Part shown: positions 22,843-36,715 of the stretch, piece by piece | How positions within the stretch are numbered: position 1 is the stretch's first letter | Layout: each line of letters begins with the position of its first letter | Source of the DNA: Dendrobates tinctorius | Lineage: Eukaryota | Direction: 5' to 3' | Length of the DNA: 64,000 nucleotides | NCBI RefSeq assembly: GCF_039654945.1 | Contig: NW_027361750.1 | Coordinates: forward strand, 12,028,001 to 12,092,000 | Made by a program: the position numbers and the translations under genes | The notes under the pieces: generated by a model | Databases searched by the model: none | What the model saw: only the letters and a program-made list of their open reading frames with translations | Told to the model about the DNA's origin: nothing

Positions 22843-23623
22843 AATGTATTACCATCTTTTCAGTTAGCCATTAAAAGGTATCAACTACTGAGGACTCTCA
22901 ATCCTGAATATTTTTCTAATTTATAGCTATGAATTAATATTTACATACCCAAAATGAGTAAGCCAATGAAGAGAAATTTTAAATTATGCACTGAGGTAGT
23001 ATTTTTCATGATTTTTAGTCCCATGCTAGAAAAGTTATGTTTTAACTTTTTTTGTTCGGTGCTGAAGAATATCACCATATGGACGGTTGAATTTTTTTTT
23101 ATTGCAAGTATTTATTAACATTGACATGTCAGGAGAAATATCAAGTTCCTTATATGCATTTGTTGTCTTATGCATCTAGTTCAGAAAGTCAAAGCGAATG
23201 ATCCCAAAACTTATTTGCAGGTGTCTGTTTTGTGAATCCCTGTCTGCCATTCAATCAAACTGACAATAGTTGGATCTTCCAGAAAGATGTTATAAGGATG
23301 AGAACAGAGGGGTGCTGTTGAATTGTAGTGAATTCCAACACAAAATGTATCAAATAAATGAAGCATGCAATGCCATTCCTAATACTTATCCCCCATTGCT
23401 AACCTAATATGCACAACGATTTCCTAAGTCCATCTCTGGGTGTTATTTCTTTATGTATCTTCATATACTGCATACACTGTAGAAAAAACTTCAGCACTCC
23501 AATTTCCAAAGAAAAGTGCATACTTATTCGTACAAACGTGCATCGTTTCAACCTCCAAAAGGTCTTTCTCCAGCAATCACTGACTCTTTACAGGCTTTAT
23601 GGGCTATGCCTGCTCCTCGATTC

Positions 23624-24130
23624 CAGTGGTTCCCAGCCTTTCTGACCTTGAGAGCCACATTCAGCTTCGAGAAAGGGTCACGAGCCACATCCAGCTCCCA
23701 CCCCCTTCAAAGTAGTGTCAACCAAATGCCCCATTACAGGTATAATCATAACCAAAGCTTTTCCACAGAAATCACTCCAGAGCCGTACACTGAGATCCAG
23801 GGGTTCCCACAATACCCCCATTCAGTATTCTCCCATTCAGCACTCCCAACACACTGACACATCCAGCTTCAAGAGCCCCCTCTAACAGGTGGTACCATCC
23901 TCCAGCGTACCATACCTAAAACATCTCTAAACTCCTAAGACCAGTATATGTGCATCCAGATCTGCTCTTCTGTGCAGGGCTACTCAAAATATTCACCATT
24001 TGGGGATGTGGTCCTCATACCTGTTTACTAGACCGGGACCTAATGCACCAAGCTGGAAGACAGCCGCAAGCCACAATTCATGGGACTGCGAGCCACATGT
24101 AGCTCCCAAGCTACAGGTTGGGGACCCTTG
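23624..24130. mobile_element. hAT-type non-autonomous element
   Basis: Imperfect TIRs cagtggttcccagcc and ggttggggacccttg; internal gagccaca motifs. Confidence 0.55.
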
Positions 24131-24376
24131 CTCTATTCACTGCATGCTTGATTAAATCCAAATTCAGATCCATTTGCATGTGTAATAAAGAACAAGTTAT
24201 GCCTGAAACAGGATCCCATCTTTGCTATTCTGTATCTGTATATGGAGTTGAAGAGTAAAACAATAAGAGCCCAGGCATGCAACATGTAAAGTAGGCTAAA
24301 TGAGATTCAAATCATAAAAGGGATATGGCAAACATTCCAGTAGATGAAAAACTATATATAAATGTATAATTGCCAC

Positions 24377-24690
24377 TATAGTTGAGCGACTTTTGTCGGA
24401 TCGGGTTTCATGAAACAAAATTTGTTTCAGATGAAACTGGTCCGACTAGGGCAAAAAAAAGTTGGAGTTTCGTCCGAAACCCGACCCCAATGCGAGTCAA
24501 TGGGGAATAAAAGTCAGCATTGAGTGGATGAATGTCATCCGCTCAATGCCGACTTTTATTTCCCATTGACTTGCACTGGTGTCGGGTTTCGGACGAAACT
24601 CCGACTTTTTTTTTGCCCTAGTCGGACCAGTTTCATCTGAAACAAATTTTGTTTCATGAAACCCGATCCATCCAAAGTCGCTCAACTCTA
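24377..24690. mobile_element. Palindromic hAT MITE
   Basis: Near-perfect 314-bp foldback; 8-bp TSD attgccac/attgccat at 24369-24376 and 24691-24698. Confidence 0.9.
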
Positions 24691-26605
24691 ATTGCCATAC
24701 ATTTCAGAAGCAATCATCAGTTATACTTAAGGTCCATGTCTATTATTCAAGTTCGAGAAGCCTAAAAAATGCAAAAAATCCAAATGTTTCTTTAGTGTGT
24801 CTAAAATAAAGGAACATAAAAGCTTCAATTCTTGGCACTCATTTCTTTAAAACTACCAAATGAAAAAAAATCACCTAATATAATGTCCTTCAGGGTATAA
24901 AACATTTTAATCTTTCAGTAATTTTAAAGTAATATTTTTTGTAAACTCTGATATGGGGATGGTGTATATCTAATTCATTCATCCAGTGTAATTCAAGTTT
25001 TTGCATAATTTTTCTCAATTTGCACCCCTCCTCATTATAGATACACCATCTATAATTTGTCAATTTTAATCCCTTCACTCCCCAACCTGTTTTCACTTTC
25101 TTGACCAGGCCAATCTTTTCAATTCAGACCAGAGTCTTTTTACAATATGATAACTCTGGAACGCTTTAGCGTATTGCAGTCATTCTGAGATTCTATGTTT
25201 TCATGACATGTTGTACTTTATGATAGTGGTACATTTTGGTTGATATGATTTGTGTTTATTTATAAAAATTTTGAACATTTTGCAAAAAATTAGAAAATTT
25301 GCAATTTTCATACTTGGAATTTGTATGCTTTTATAAAACAAAATAGTTAATAAATAACATTTACCACATGTCTACTTCACATCAGCATAATTTTTTAAAC
25401 TTTTTTTGTTAGGAAGTTAAAAGTGTTAAATGTTTATCAGCAAGTTGTCATCTTTCCGACAAAATTTCTAAAAACAATTTTTTAAAGGAAAACATTCCAT
25501 TTGAAGTAACATTGAGGGTCCTATATGACAGAAAATACCCAAAAGTGACATTATTTTAAAAACTGCACCCCTAAAAGTGCTCATAACCACATTCAAGAAG
25601 TTTGTGAACTCTTTAGGGGTTTCACATTAAAGCAATGTGGAAGGAAAATTTTACATTTTACTTTTTCCACAAAAATATTGCTTTAACCTGAAATGTTGCA
25701 TTTTCAAAAGGATAAAAGGAGAAAATGGACAATATAATTTGTTGTGCAACTTCTCCTAAGTACAGCAATACCCCTAAGGTGGTAGAAAACTACTGTTTTG
25801 GTGCATGGCAGGGCTTGAAAAGGAAGACGCAACATTCAAATTTTGGAGCACAAAATTGACTAGAATAGATAGCACAATCAATGTTGCATTTGCAGAGCCT
25901 ATACATGTGGAAACCCCTGAGTGATGTGCCTATACAGTGGAAACCACTGACAAGCTACCTCATTTTGGAAACTACACCTCTTAAGAAATTTATTTACAGG
26001 TGTTGTGAGCACCTTGAACCCACAGAATTGTATAAAACTGAGCCGTGAAAATGAACAAATCACATTTTTTCCACTAATGTTTTTCCAAGGATAGCAGGAG
26101 AAAATGGACCATATAATCTGTTGTGCAATATCTCCTGAGTACATCCATACCCCACATATGGTCAAAAACTACTGTTTGGGCACACAGTAGGGCTCGGAAG
26201 GGAAGGAGCACCATTTGACTTTAGAGCACAAAATTGGCTGCAATAGATTCCAGACGGCATTGATTGCCCCCAATATGCCTAAATAGTTCAATCAATACCC
26301 CACAGGTGACCCCATTTTGGAAACTTATCTAGAGGTGAGGTCAGAACCTGAAACCCACAGGTGCTTCACAGACTTTATTAATATTAAACTGCGAAAATGC
26401 AAAAATACAAAATACATTTTTTTTTATTTTCACAAGGGTAACATTGGACCCCATAATTTGTTGTGTTGTATGGGTGTTTTCAAAAACAAGCAGAAGTGGA
26501 TGTTGCTGAGTGTAAATTGCAAATCAGCCACTTTTAGTTCCTATACATTGTATTGCTGTGCTGTCCAGCCATCTCTTCAGGGCTTTCAGCTATTACTAGG
26601 ACATC

Positions 26606-28230
26606 CAGTGGGTACGGAAAGTATTCAGACCCCTTTAAAGTTTTCGCTCTTTGTTTCACTGCAGCCATTTGGTAAATTCAAAAAAGTTGATTTTTTTCTC
26701 ATTAATGTACACTCTGCACCCCATATTGACTGAAAAAAAATTAGAAATTTTTGCAAATTTATTTAAAAAGAAAGACTGAAATATCACATGGTCATAAGTA
26801 TTCAGACCCTTTGCTCAGTATTGAGTAGAAGCACCCTTTTGAGCTAGTACAGCCATATGTCTTCTTGGGAATGCTACAACAAGTTTTTCACACCTGGATT
26901 TGGGGATCCTCTGCCATTCTTCCTTGCAGATCCTCTCCAGTTCTGTCAGGTTTTATGGTGAATGTTGGTGGACAGCCATTTTCAGGTCTCTCCTCCAGAG
27001 ATGCTCAATTGGGTTTAGGTCAGGGCTCTGGCTGGGCCAGTTATGAATGGTCACAAAATTGTTCTGAAGTCACTCCTTTGTTATTTTAGGTCTGTGCTTA
27101 GGGACATTGTCTTGATGGAAGGTGAACCTTCGGCCAAGTCTGAGGTCCAGAGCACTTTGAAAGAGGTTTTCATCCAGGATATTTCTGTACTTGACTGCAT
27201 TCATGTTTCCTTCAATTGCAACCAGACGTCCTGTCCCTGCAGCTGAAAAACACCCCCATAGCATGATGCTGCCACCACCATGTTTCACTGTTGGGATTGT
27301 ATTGGGCAGGTCATGAGCAGTGCCTGGTTTTCTCCACACATACCACTTAGAATTATCACCAAAAAGATCTATGTTCGTCTCATCAGACCATAGAATCTTA
27401 TTTCTCATAGTCTGGGAGTCCTTTATGTGTTTTTTAGCAAACTCTATGTGGGCTTTCATATGTTTGGCACTGAGGAGAGGCTTCTGTCAGGCCACTCTGC
27501 CATAAAGGCCTGACTGGTGGAGGGCTGCAGTGATAGTTGACTTTGTGGAACTTTCTCCCATCTCCCTACTGCATCTGTGGAGTTCAGCCACAGTGATCTT
27601 GGGGCTCTTCTTTACCTTGCTCACCAAGGCTCTTCTCCCATGATTGCTCAGTTTGGCTGGACGGCCAGGTCTAGAAAGACTTCTGGTGGTCCCAAACTTG
27701 TTCCATTTAAGGATTATGTAGGCCTTTGTGCTCTTGGGAACTTTGAGTACTGCAGAAATTCTTTTGTAACCTTGGTCAGATCTGTGCCTTGCCACAATTC
27801 TGTCTCTGAGCTCCTTGGCCAATTCCTTTGACCTCATGATTCTCATTTGGTCTGACATGCACTGTTGGCTGTGAGGTCCTATATAGACAGGTCTGTACCT
27901 TCACAAATCAAGTCCTATCAATTTAATTAAACACAGATGGATTCAATGAAGGAGTAGAACCATCTCAAGGAGGATCACAAGGAAATGGACAGGATGTGAC
28001 TTAAATATGAGTGTCTGAGCAAAGGGTCTGACTAATTATGACCATGTGATATTTCAATTTTTCTTTTCTAATAAATTTGCAAAGTTTCTACATTTCTGTT
28101 TTTTTCCATCCCCATGTGCAGAGTGTACATTAATGAGAAGCAAAATGAACTTTTTTGCATTTACCAAATGGCTGCAATGAAACGAACATTGAAAAATTAA
28201 AAGGAGTCTGAATACTTTCCGAACCCACTG
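26606..28230 (-). mobile_element. Tc1/mariner transposon with decayed transposase
   Basis: TIRs cagtgggtacggaaagtattcagac and gtctgaatactttccgaacccactg(ta); ORFs 27487-27858 (HTH) and 27070-27459 (WSDETN, KHGGGS, HQDN). Confidence 0.93.
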
Positions 28231-28861
28231 TATGTATAATTTTTTAATTGTATTATTGTGCTTGTTAAAATATTTTTGTCATTTGCTGCCATCTAACCAC
28301 CATTGTTATTTTAAGTTCTTATATTTAGCTGATATAATTTCCCATCATGCTTCTATCTCTAAAACTTTTCCTATCTTTTTCCTCACATCCTTTCTTTCTG
28401 GTCAGTGCCATCTTGCCAGAAACCAGCATCAGAGCTGGAGAAAGGATTCCCCTGTTACCTCGATCTTCAAACCTTCATCTTATATCTCATCCTCATCCCT
28501 TCATCTTCTCTGATATCTGAACCTCATCATTTATCAAGGAGCTGTGAATAAATTAACACTGCATCTTTCTTCCTGGATCAACCATGGGCAGCTGGTCAGT
28601 AAGAGAGGTGACAGGATAGCAAGTAACCTATCTACTATTGATTGTACCGAAATTTGTGGTCACATCCTTCAGACACATCTCACCTACGTACATCAGTGGC
28701 AGAATGGATGCCCATACATTTTCTTAGGGTTGGCGGATTGCACAAAATAAAATGGGTAATAAAGTGCAATCGCAACCTGAAGTCCACTGTGCAGAGATGT
28801 ATAACTACTGCTATAGAGCAATGGCGGAAGCAGGCAACTAGGTAGAAACTAAAACGTACAG

Positions 28862-29658
28862 TGTTATATCGTCACACTGGGCGAACAGGACACTATGTGA
28901 CCAGCTCTGTTACGGCACAGAGAGGTACAGCGAAAAACTAAGTGCTAACCCTGTTACACATCACAGGGAACTAGTACATGAGTAGAGCTCGCTCTGCGAG
29001 TTGAGTGTGCTAACCACGCATGGGACGCTAGGTGCACGACCCTGTCTCTTTCCCAGAGAGATCTAGCCTGAAGGTTGGTACTTGCTCTGTAACTCAACTG
29101 TGCTAACCGCACACATGAAGGAAACAGATGCTAAGCCAAGTAAAGTACGACGATCTAACCCTGCCTAGCCACAACAGTACTCTCTGGGATTAGAGCGACA
29201 CATTCACATGTGCAGACTGAGTGGTAGAGTATCCACTGGAAACAACCACTCATAAATGATACTAGCACACCGGCGTGCACCTCTGAGAGCCTTTTATACA
29301 CTAGGCTCATGTCCAGTCGGACAGGACCATGCCCATGGACCAATCCGGAGCTGCCACCTCACCAGAGCAGATGATGTCTGACCACCACTGAGAAGACGCC
29401 ACATCACGGACATGCTCAGTAAACAGATTTCTGGACTTAATCTCCCAAGTGCCAGGCTGCACCTGCATATTACTGGCTACTAAGGACTTGGCTGGAGAGC
29501 CAGCAGAAACCAACCGAACATCACAAGCCTGGGCAAGGTGCTGAGACCTATGTCTCTGCTGAGCAGCACCCGCAGCGGCTGAACCCATATGGGAGACAGC
29601 AGAGGAAGATAAGGCTTGGGATCTATCTTGTGCAGCGGAAGAATTCCGACGCCTAACA
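28862..29658. mobile_element. LTR-like fragment
   Basis: tgtta...ctaaca termini and repeated tgctaacc motifs; no TSD found. Confidence 0.3.
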
Positions 29659-30875
29659 CATTGTGATGATCTTGTGCTTCTGGATACATGGACTCCGAAA
29701 ATAAAGTTGGCTGTCATCACTACAGAAATGCCAAACATGTGGACACTAAATGTAGTTTAGGCCCACTGTGGGGCTCAGAAGTGAAGGGGGCATTTGGATC
29801 TGGGGGTGCAAAATTTGATGGATTTCTTTTGGGAGGTGAGGAGCCATAGTGCTTTTCCAGAGCCTTTGTGCTACCAGTAAAGTGGAAGCCCCCTATATTT
29901 CCATTGATAGATGATGGACCTGAGTGTGAACTTGTGTTTTTTTATGGATTGAGTTGAAGCTTTTATTGGGAACATTTTACATAACATTTGGGATCACATT
30001 TATCCGGTGCTCTATGCTGAACATTTACTTCAAGGTTTTCATCTAAATTTCCGAATCATGTAATTCAAATGAAACCCTTGATGGATCCAATCACTATAAT
30101 GAAGCAGCAGAGTTACTCTGGACTCCCTTTGGCCACTGTTCAGCGGTGTCCTTCTTTTTAGAGGTATACAAAACTGTGTACGTTTAAAAAGTCGGACGCT
30201 GCTGGAAAATAGGGCAGAAGGCGTCATAAGTGTCTCTGTCTGCCTTGTTATAGTAGATCTGGTTTGTTTATCTTTTACGCCGCATAAGTGATTATCACAC
30301 ACTAAAAAACCTGTTTTTTTTGCAAAGAAAAGTTTTTGCATCACCATATTATTTTGAAGTCTAACATTTTTTCTATATTTCTGCGTATAGAGCCATGTGA
30401 GGGCTTGTTTTTTGCGGGCCGAGTTGAAGTTTTTATTATTTTATTGTTACCGTTTTTACATATTTTGATAATTTTCTATTCTGATTTTTGGGAGGAAGAA
30501 TGAAGCTAAACCAGCAATTCAGAGATTGTTTTTTGTTTTGATTTTTATGCCGTTCACCGTGGGGTAAAAGTGATAACATAACTTTATTCTTCAGTACGAT
30601 TACAGTGATACCACATTAATATTTTTTATGGTTTGCTGCTTATACACAATAAAAACTAATTCATAGAAACATTTATAGAAAAAAAATATTGTCTTTACAT
30701 TGCTATATTCTGAGAGCTATAGCTTTCTTATTTCTCCACTGATGGAGCTTTGTGGTGGCTTGTTTTTTTTGTGAGACAAAATGACTTTTTCATCATTACC
30801 ACTTTTATTTACACTTGACTTTTTAATTGCACTGTATTCCACTTTTTGTTGAGCGGTACGATGGAAAAGCTTTTA

Positions 30876-31798
30876 CCACATATGCTCGAGTATAAACCGA
30901 CCTGAGTATAAGCCGAGGCACCTAATTTTGCCAAGGAAAACTGGGTAAGCTTATTGACTCGAGCATAAGCCTGTTATGCATTGTCCCCTCATCCCTGTCC
31001 TGATATGCATGGCTCCCCCTGTCCTTTCCTGATATGTGGCTCCCCCTGTCCTGTCCTGCTATGCATGGCTCCTCCGTCCTGTCCTAGTATGTGACTCCTC
31101 CCATCCTGTCCTGGTATGTGGCTCCCCCCGTCCTGTTCTGGTATGTGGCTCCCCCCGTCCTGTCCTAGTATGTGGCTTCCCCGTCCTGTCCTGGTATGTG
31201 GCTCCCCCGTTTTGTCCTGGCATATGTGGCTCCCCTGTCCTGTCCTGCTATGTGTGGCTCCCCCCATCCTGTCCTGGTATGTGTGACTCCCCATTGTATG
31301 CATGGCTCCCCCGGTCCCATCGTTGTATGCATGGCTCACCCCATCCCATCGTTGTATGCATAGCTCACCCTCCCACCAACCTACTCATCATCCTCACGCC
31401 GTCACTGCATCTCCGCTGTCCCGGAGTGGCAGCTCTGATGTGTTGAGCGGTCACATGGTGTCACTCATTAAGGTAATGAATATGCGCTCCACGCCTATGG
31501 GAGTGGATACGTGTGCATATTCATTACCTTAATGAGCAGTACTACGTGATCGCTAAGCACTGGAAGATCTGCCGCCGTCAGGACAGAGATGCACGGCACA
31601 AGGAGGATGAGTATGATGTTTTCTGAAAGCCGGCGTCTGCAGCTGTCACTGTGCCACAGCCCCTGGTTCCTGCAGCAGCTCTGCCACTCCCCCTTCCCCA
31701 CCAGGTTTCTGGACAATGGCTCGTGTATAAGCTGAGGGGGGCATTTTCAGCACACAAAAATGTGCTGAAAATCTCAGCTTATAAATGAGTATATGCGG
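30876..31798. mobile_element. Non-autonomous DNA element with a ~30-bp minisatellite and an internal hairpin
   Basis: Ends ctcgagtataagccga and tctcagcttata..gagtata; tgtcctggtatgtggctcccc repeats at 30990-31360; inverted repeat at 31445-31557. Confidence 0.6.
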
Positions 31799-32340
31799 AA
31801 GTTTTTTTGTCATTTTTTTATGAGGTTCACTGAAGGGGTAAACTAGTGTGATAGTTTTATAGATCAGGCCATTCCATAAGCAGAGATGCCAAATATGTGT
31901 ACTTTTGCTGGTTATTTTTTTTCCATAAATATACCTATTTATTGGTATAATATTTGTGATAAAACACTCCGGGATCGGCTTTGCTGGGGTCAAAAGTCAC
32001 GTGCGTTCAGCATGAAACTCAGGCGCAGAGCTGGGATTCGGGTGTAAATGACCCTGGGTCAGGTTTATTAACGGTGAAAGCAATGGAAAAGGAAATAAAA
32101 CATAAAACAAATCCTTGCCTGTCCGGCACTAACTAAACAAGGTACAACCTAACTACCAACTGGCGGGCTTCTCCCGTCCAGCCAAACCACAGTTGCAGTG
32201 GGCACTGCTTTCACTCACGTGTGTCTCTCACACAGACAGGCTCTCTGTGTTCCCAGGCTGAGACACTCACACAACCACCTGGCATCCTTTTATATCTGCC
32301 TCCCATTATTCGTTAGTAACCAGGTGCGATACTGACCAGA

Positions 32341-35300
32341 CTAGGCCACATAGGAAAGGTATCTGGGTGAGATATACCTGCCCTCATCCACTATTCCCAC
32401 ATGATTCTCACATATCCCCCCCCTCTGCTCAGACCACTCCGGTCGAGCAATGACACCCGCCAAACAGTGCACTCGGGACAGGGCATCTGCATTCCCCATC
32501 TGCACCCCTGGGCGGTGCTCCATCGTAAAAGTGTAGGCCTGCAGGGCAAGGAACCACCGGGTCACCCGGCTATTCCGTTCCTTGTTCAAGTGCATCCACT
32601 TGAGAGGGGCATGGTCAGTGATCAGCCTGAACTTTCAGCCCACCAGGTAATATTTGAGGGCCTCTAGAGCCCACTTAATGGCTAGGCACTCTTTTTCTAT
32701 GACTGCATTCTTTTGCTCATGTTTGTTCAGCTTCCTGCTGAGATAGAGGACTGGGTGTTCCACTCCGGCCCTCACTTGTGACAGTACGGCCCCGATACCG
32801 GTATCAGAGGCATCCGTTTGTACCACAAACTCGCTGCAGAAGTCCGGAGTCACCAGTACTGGTTGAGAGCAAAGTGCCCGTTTTAGGCTATGGAAGGCTT
32901 CTTCAGCTGCTAAACTCCATTTAATCATGACAGAGTTTTTCCCTTTTGTAAGATCCGTCAGGGGGGTAGCGATGGCTGCAAAATTGGGTATGAACCGCCG
33001 ATAATAGCCGGCGATCCCCAGGAAGGCTTGCACCTGCTTCTTGTTGACAGGTTGCGGCCAGTCCTGAACCGCCTGAATCTTATCAGCCTGGGGTTTATCA
33101 ACACCCCTCCCAATTACATACCCCAAATACCGGGCTTCTTCTAGCCCGATGTGACATTTCTTGGGGTTCGCAGTTAGACCTGCCTCCCACAGGTCGTCAA
33201 TCACAGCTTGTACTTTCTGGAGATGAGTCTCCCAGTCCAAGCTGTAAATGACAATGTCGTCCAAATAGGCCGAAGCGTACTGCCTATGTGGTCTCAGGAC
33301 TCGATCCATCAGTCTCTGGAAGGTCGCCGGTGCTCCGTGCAGTCCAAACGGCATATACACATACTGAAATAGACCTTCTGGGGTAGCAAATGCCGTCTTT
33401 TCTCTGGCAGCCTCCGCCAGAGGGATCTGCCAATACCCCTTTGTTAGGTCTAGGGTCGTAATATACCGGGCTTTTCCTAACCAATCTATTAACTCGTCGA
33501 CCCGGGGCATAGGGTAGGCATCAAATTTTGAGACCGCATTCAGTTTCCTGAAGTCATTGCAGAACCGGATGGTGCCGTCCGGTTTAGGAATTAGCACAAT
33601 CGGGCTGGACCAAGCACTGTGCGATTCCTCAATGACACCTAACTCTAACATTGCCTTCACTTCTCGGGAAACGGCTTCACGGCGCGCTTCCGGGATTCGG
33701 TAGGGCTTTACGTGAACTGTGACACCAGGTTCCGTTACAATGTCATGTTTCATTAGCGTAGTCTGCCCGGGTTTTTCTGAGAAAAACTTTTGGTTGTGAA
33801 GTAGAAACTGCCTGACCTCAGTCTTTTGCCGCTCCGAGAGAGTCTCTGCAACCCGTACCTCCGGTACGGTATGTGAGCAGACGGGACGGGCCAGCTCCGC
33901 TGACAAGGCAGACCGATCTTTCCAGGGTTTTATCAGATTTACATGATAAACCTGTTCAGGTTTCCGCTTACCTGACTGGTATACGTTGTAGTTTACTTCA
34001 CCAACTCTTTCCTTAATCTCAAAGGGGCCCTGCCACTTTGCCAGGAACTTACTGTCCACCGTGGGGACCAGGATCAACACCCTATCTCCGGGTGCAAACG
34101 TACGGATCTTGGCGCCCCTATCATAGATTCTTTTTTGGGCTCCTTGAGCCTGTATCATGTGTTCTTTGACGATAGGCATAACATCCACAATACGGTCCTG
34201 CATTTGTGTGACGTGATCTATCACTGTTTTAAACGGAGTGACTTGACCCTCCCAGGTTTCTTTTGCAACGTCTAACAGTCCACGAGGACGTCGGGCGTAC
34301 AATAACTCGAAAGGCGAGAATCCCGTGGAAGACTGGGGTACTTCCCTGATGGCAAAAAGCAAATACGGAAGTAAATAGTTCCAGTTCTTCCCATCCTTGT
34401 CTATCACCTTTCTCAGCATCTGCTTCAGAGTTTTATTGAACCGTTCGACCAACCCGTCTGTTTGAGGATGATACACGGATGTGCGTAACGGTTCGATTTG
34501 TAACAATCGGCAGAGCTCCTTCATTACCCTGGACATAAAGGGGGTCCCCTGGTCGGTGAGTGTCTGTTTTGGTATACCGACCCGACTAAACACATGCACC
34601 AGTTCCTTGGCAATCGTCTTGGTGGCCGTGTTACGCAAAGGGATGGCCTCCGGGTAACGAGTGGCATAATCCAAGATGACCAGGATATGTTGGTGTCCAC
34701 GTGCAGACCGTGGAAGGGGTCCAACTAAATCCATTCCAATCCTCTCAAACGGGACTTCAATAATAGGTAGGGGTACCAAAGGGCTACAGAACCGGGGCTT
34801 AGGTGCAGAGGCTTGGCAGTCAGGACAAGACTCACAATATACACGAATATCGTGATGCATGCCTGGCCAAACAAAACAGTGTAATATCCTTTCGGTGGTT
34901 TTCTGGACTCCCAGGTGACCTCCCATCACATGTCCGTGGGCCAGGTCCAGCACCTGCCGCCGGTAGGGTTTTGGCACGACTAATAGTTGCACCGTATTTT
35001 CCCCCTTTTTCTCTATCTGATAGAGTAAATCATTCTCCAGAACCATGTAAGGATATGCCAGCCTAGAGCCAGGTTCTACGGGTACCCCGTTTATCACTTT
35101 TACATTTGTCCTAGCCTGAGAAAGGGTAGGATCCTTTATTTGCTCGCTTTGGAAGTCATCTTTCTGAACTTCTAAATCCGGCAAACGGGGAGGTGGACGG
35201 CTGTCGGCCTCCTCCTCTTCCCCGGTCTCCTCCGTATCACCCACCATGACTGAAAACGGGAACTGCAGGTCATTTCCCGCAGACTCTTCCCCCGAGTCTT

Positions 35301-36684
35301 CCGGGGAGACCTCTTCCAGGGGTTCGGGACCCCCACGCGCCCTGGGAGAAGAATCATGTACACGATTACCCAAGGGCATCAACTGATTCTCCCACAATTG
35401 CCAGAAGTGGGGAAAATCCCGGCCCAGGATAACATCATGCAATAACGCCGGGACGAGTCCCACTTTATGTTGCACAGACCCATAGGAAGTAGTAATGCAT
35501 ATGACCGTGGTGAGGTACGAACAGGTGTCTCCATGCACACACGTTACAGAAAATTTGTCTGATGGTCCAGTCGGGGCTGACACCAGACTGGCCTTCACCA
35601 GAGTCACCACACTTCCCGAGTCTAACAATGCCACCACATTTTTGCCATCAACAGTTAAATCACACAAGTGTTTTTCCACATCCTTTTGACCGGCATTCAC
35701 ACTCACTACCCGTGCAACCATAGACATGTGGTTTTTAGAGTCTGTGACGTCGCACTGCATGGGTTCAGTAGTGACCGGACAGTTCACAGCAATATGTCCC
35801 ATCTCTTGGCAGCGGAAACACCTAACGGGCCCCTTGCTTAGACCATAGTTCGTTACTCTCGGCCTCGCAGTGCGGGCAGTCCCATTTTCCTCCCCCACTG
35901 TCTTAGGGATTTTTCCATCTCCCCTACTCCCTGGAACAGTCTTACCGGTTCCACGTGGAGATGATGCAGAACGAGGTGGGGTAGCGTCGTCTCGGAGTCC
36001 TTCCGTCACGGAGTAACGTTCAACCAGATCCACCAGTTGATCTGCTGTCATAGGATTTCCATGGCTTACCCACTTCCTCAGGGCTGGCGGTAGAGCTCTC
36101 AGGTACTTGTCCATGACGACTCTCTGGTTTATCTCTGGCGTTGTCAACACCTCGGGTTGTAGCCACTTCTTCGTCACGTGGATCAGGTCGAACATCTGTG
36201 ACCGCGGTGGTTTATCCGGCTGATAAGTCCATTGATGCACTCTCTGTGCACGGACAGCGGTCGTCACTCCCAGCTGGGCCAAGATCTCGGCTTTCAATTT
36301 GTAAAAGTCCTGCGCAGCTTCAAGTTCCAAGTCATAATACGCCTTTTGGGCCTCACCGGAAAGAAACGGGGCAATCAGGCCGGCCCATCGTGCCTTCGGC
36401 CATTTTTCTCGCACCGCCGTCCGTTCAAACGTGGTCAGGTATGCCTCGACATCATCTTCGGTCGTCATCTTCTGCCAGTACCGACTCACGTGAATCACTC
36501 TTGACTCTGCTTCCAGGTTAACCTCAGGTAAGCTTGCCAGGCGCTGCGCCACCTGCTGGAGAAGCGAACGATCGGTAGCTGTCATGTCCACCAACTCCTT
36601 CAGCTGGGCCATCATCACCCGATTAGCTTCTTGCTGGACGGCGGTGGACTGTACCAGCGCTTTCACCACGTCCTCCATGCTCAT
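32341..36684 (-). pseudogene. Gag (SCAN-like capsid, CCHC)-PR-IN-RT-RNaseH polyprotein with one in-frame TGA at 32635-32637
   Basis: CFRCQEMGHIAVNC, LLDSGS, HHCC plus DDE integrase before the RT (YLDD), QTDASD RNaseH. The frame continues KFRLITDHAPL... to 32341. Confidence 0.93.
32415..32430 (-). promoter_or_regulatory. Polypurine tract
   Basis: Purine run gagcagagggg...ga directly upstream of the 3' LTR. Confidence 0.8.
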
Positions 36685-36696
36685 GCTTGCAACGTG

Positions 36697-36715
36697 ATGC
36701 CCGCGTTCTCCACCA
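36697..36715 (-). promoter_or_regulatory. Primer binding site, tRNA-Ala-like
   Basis: tggtggagaacgcgggcat just inside the 5' LTR. Confidence 0.75.

Larger units (their letters stand above)
16667..22916 (+). mobile_element. PLE-2: young Neptune-type Penelope-like insertion (inverted 3' fragment, 5'-truncated copy, full-length copy)
   Basis: 13-bp TSD taatttatagcta at 16654-16666 and 22917-22929. 16667-17580 is inverted. 17577-~19873 repeats 20621-22916 almost exactly. Confidence 0.97.

Noticed and set aside
30989-31446. Repetitive ORFs or a CRISPR-like array
   Set aside because: A degenerate ~30-bp minisatellite with no unique spacers, in a eukaryotic context with no cas genes.
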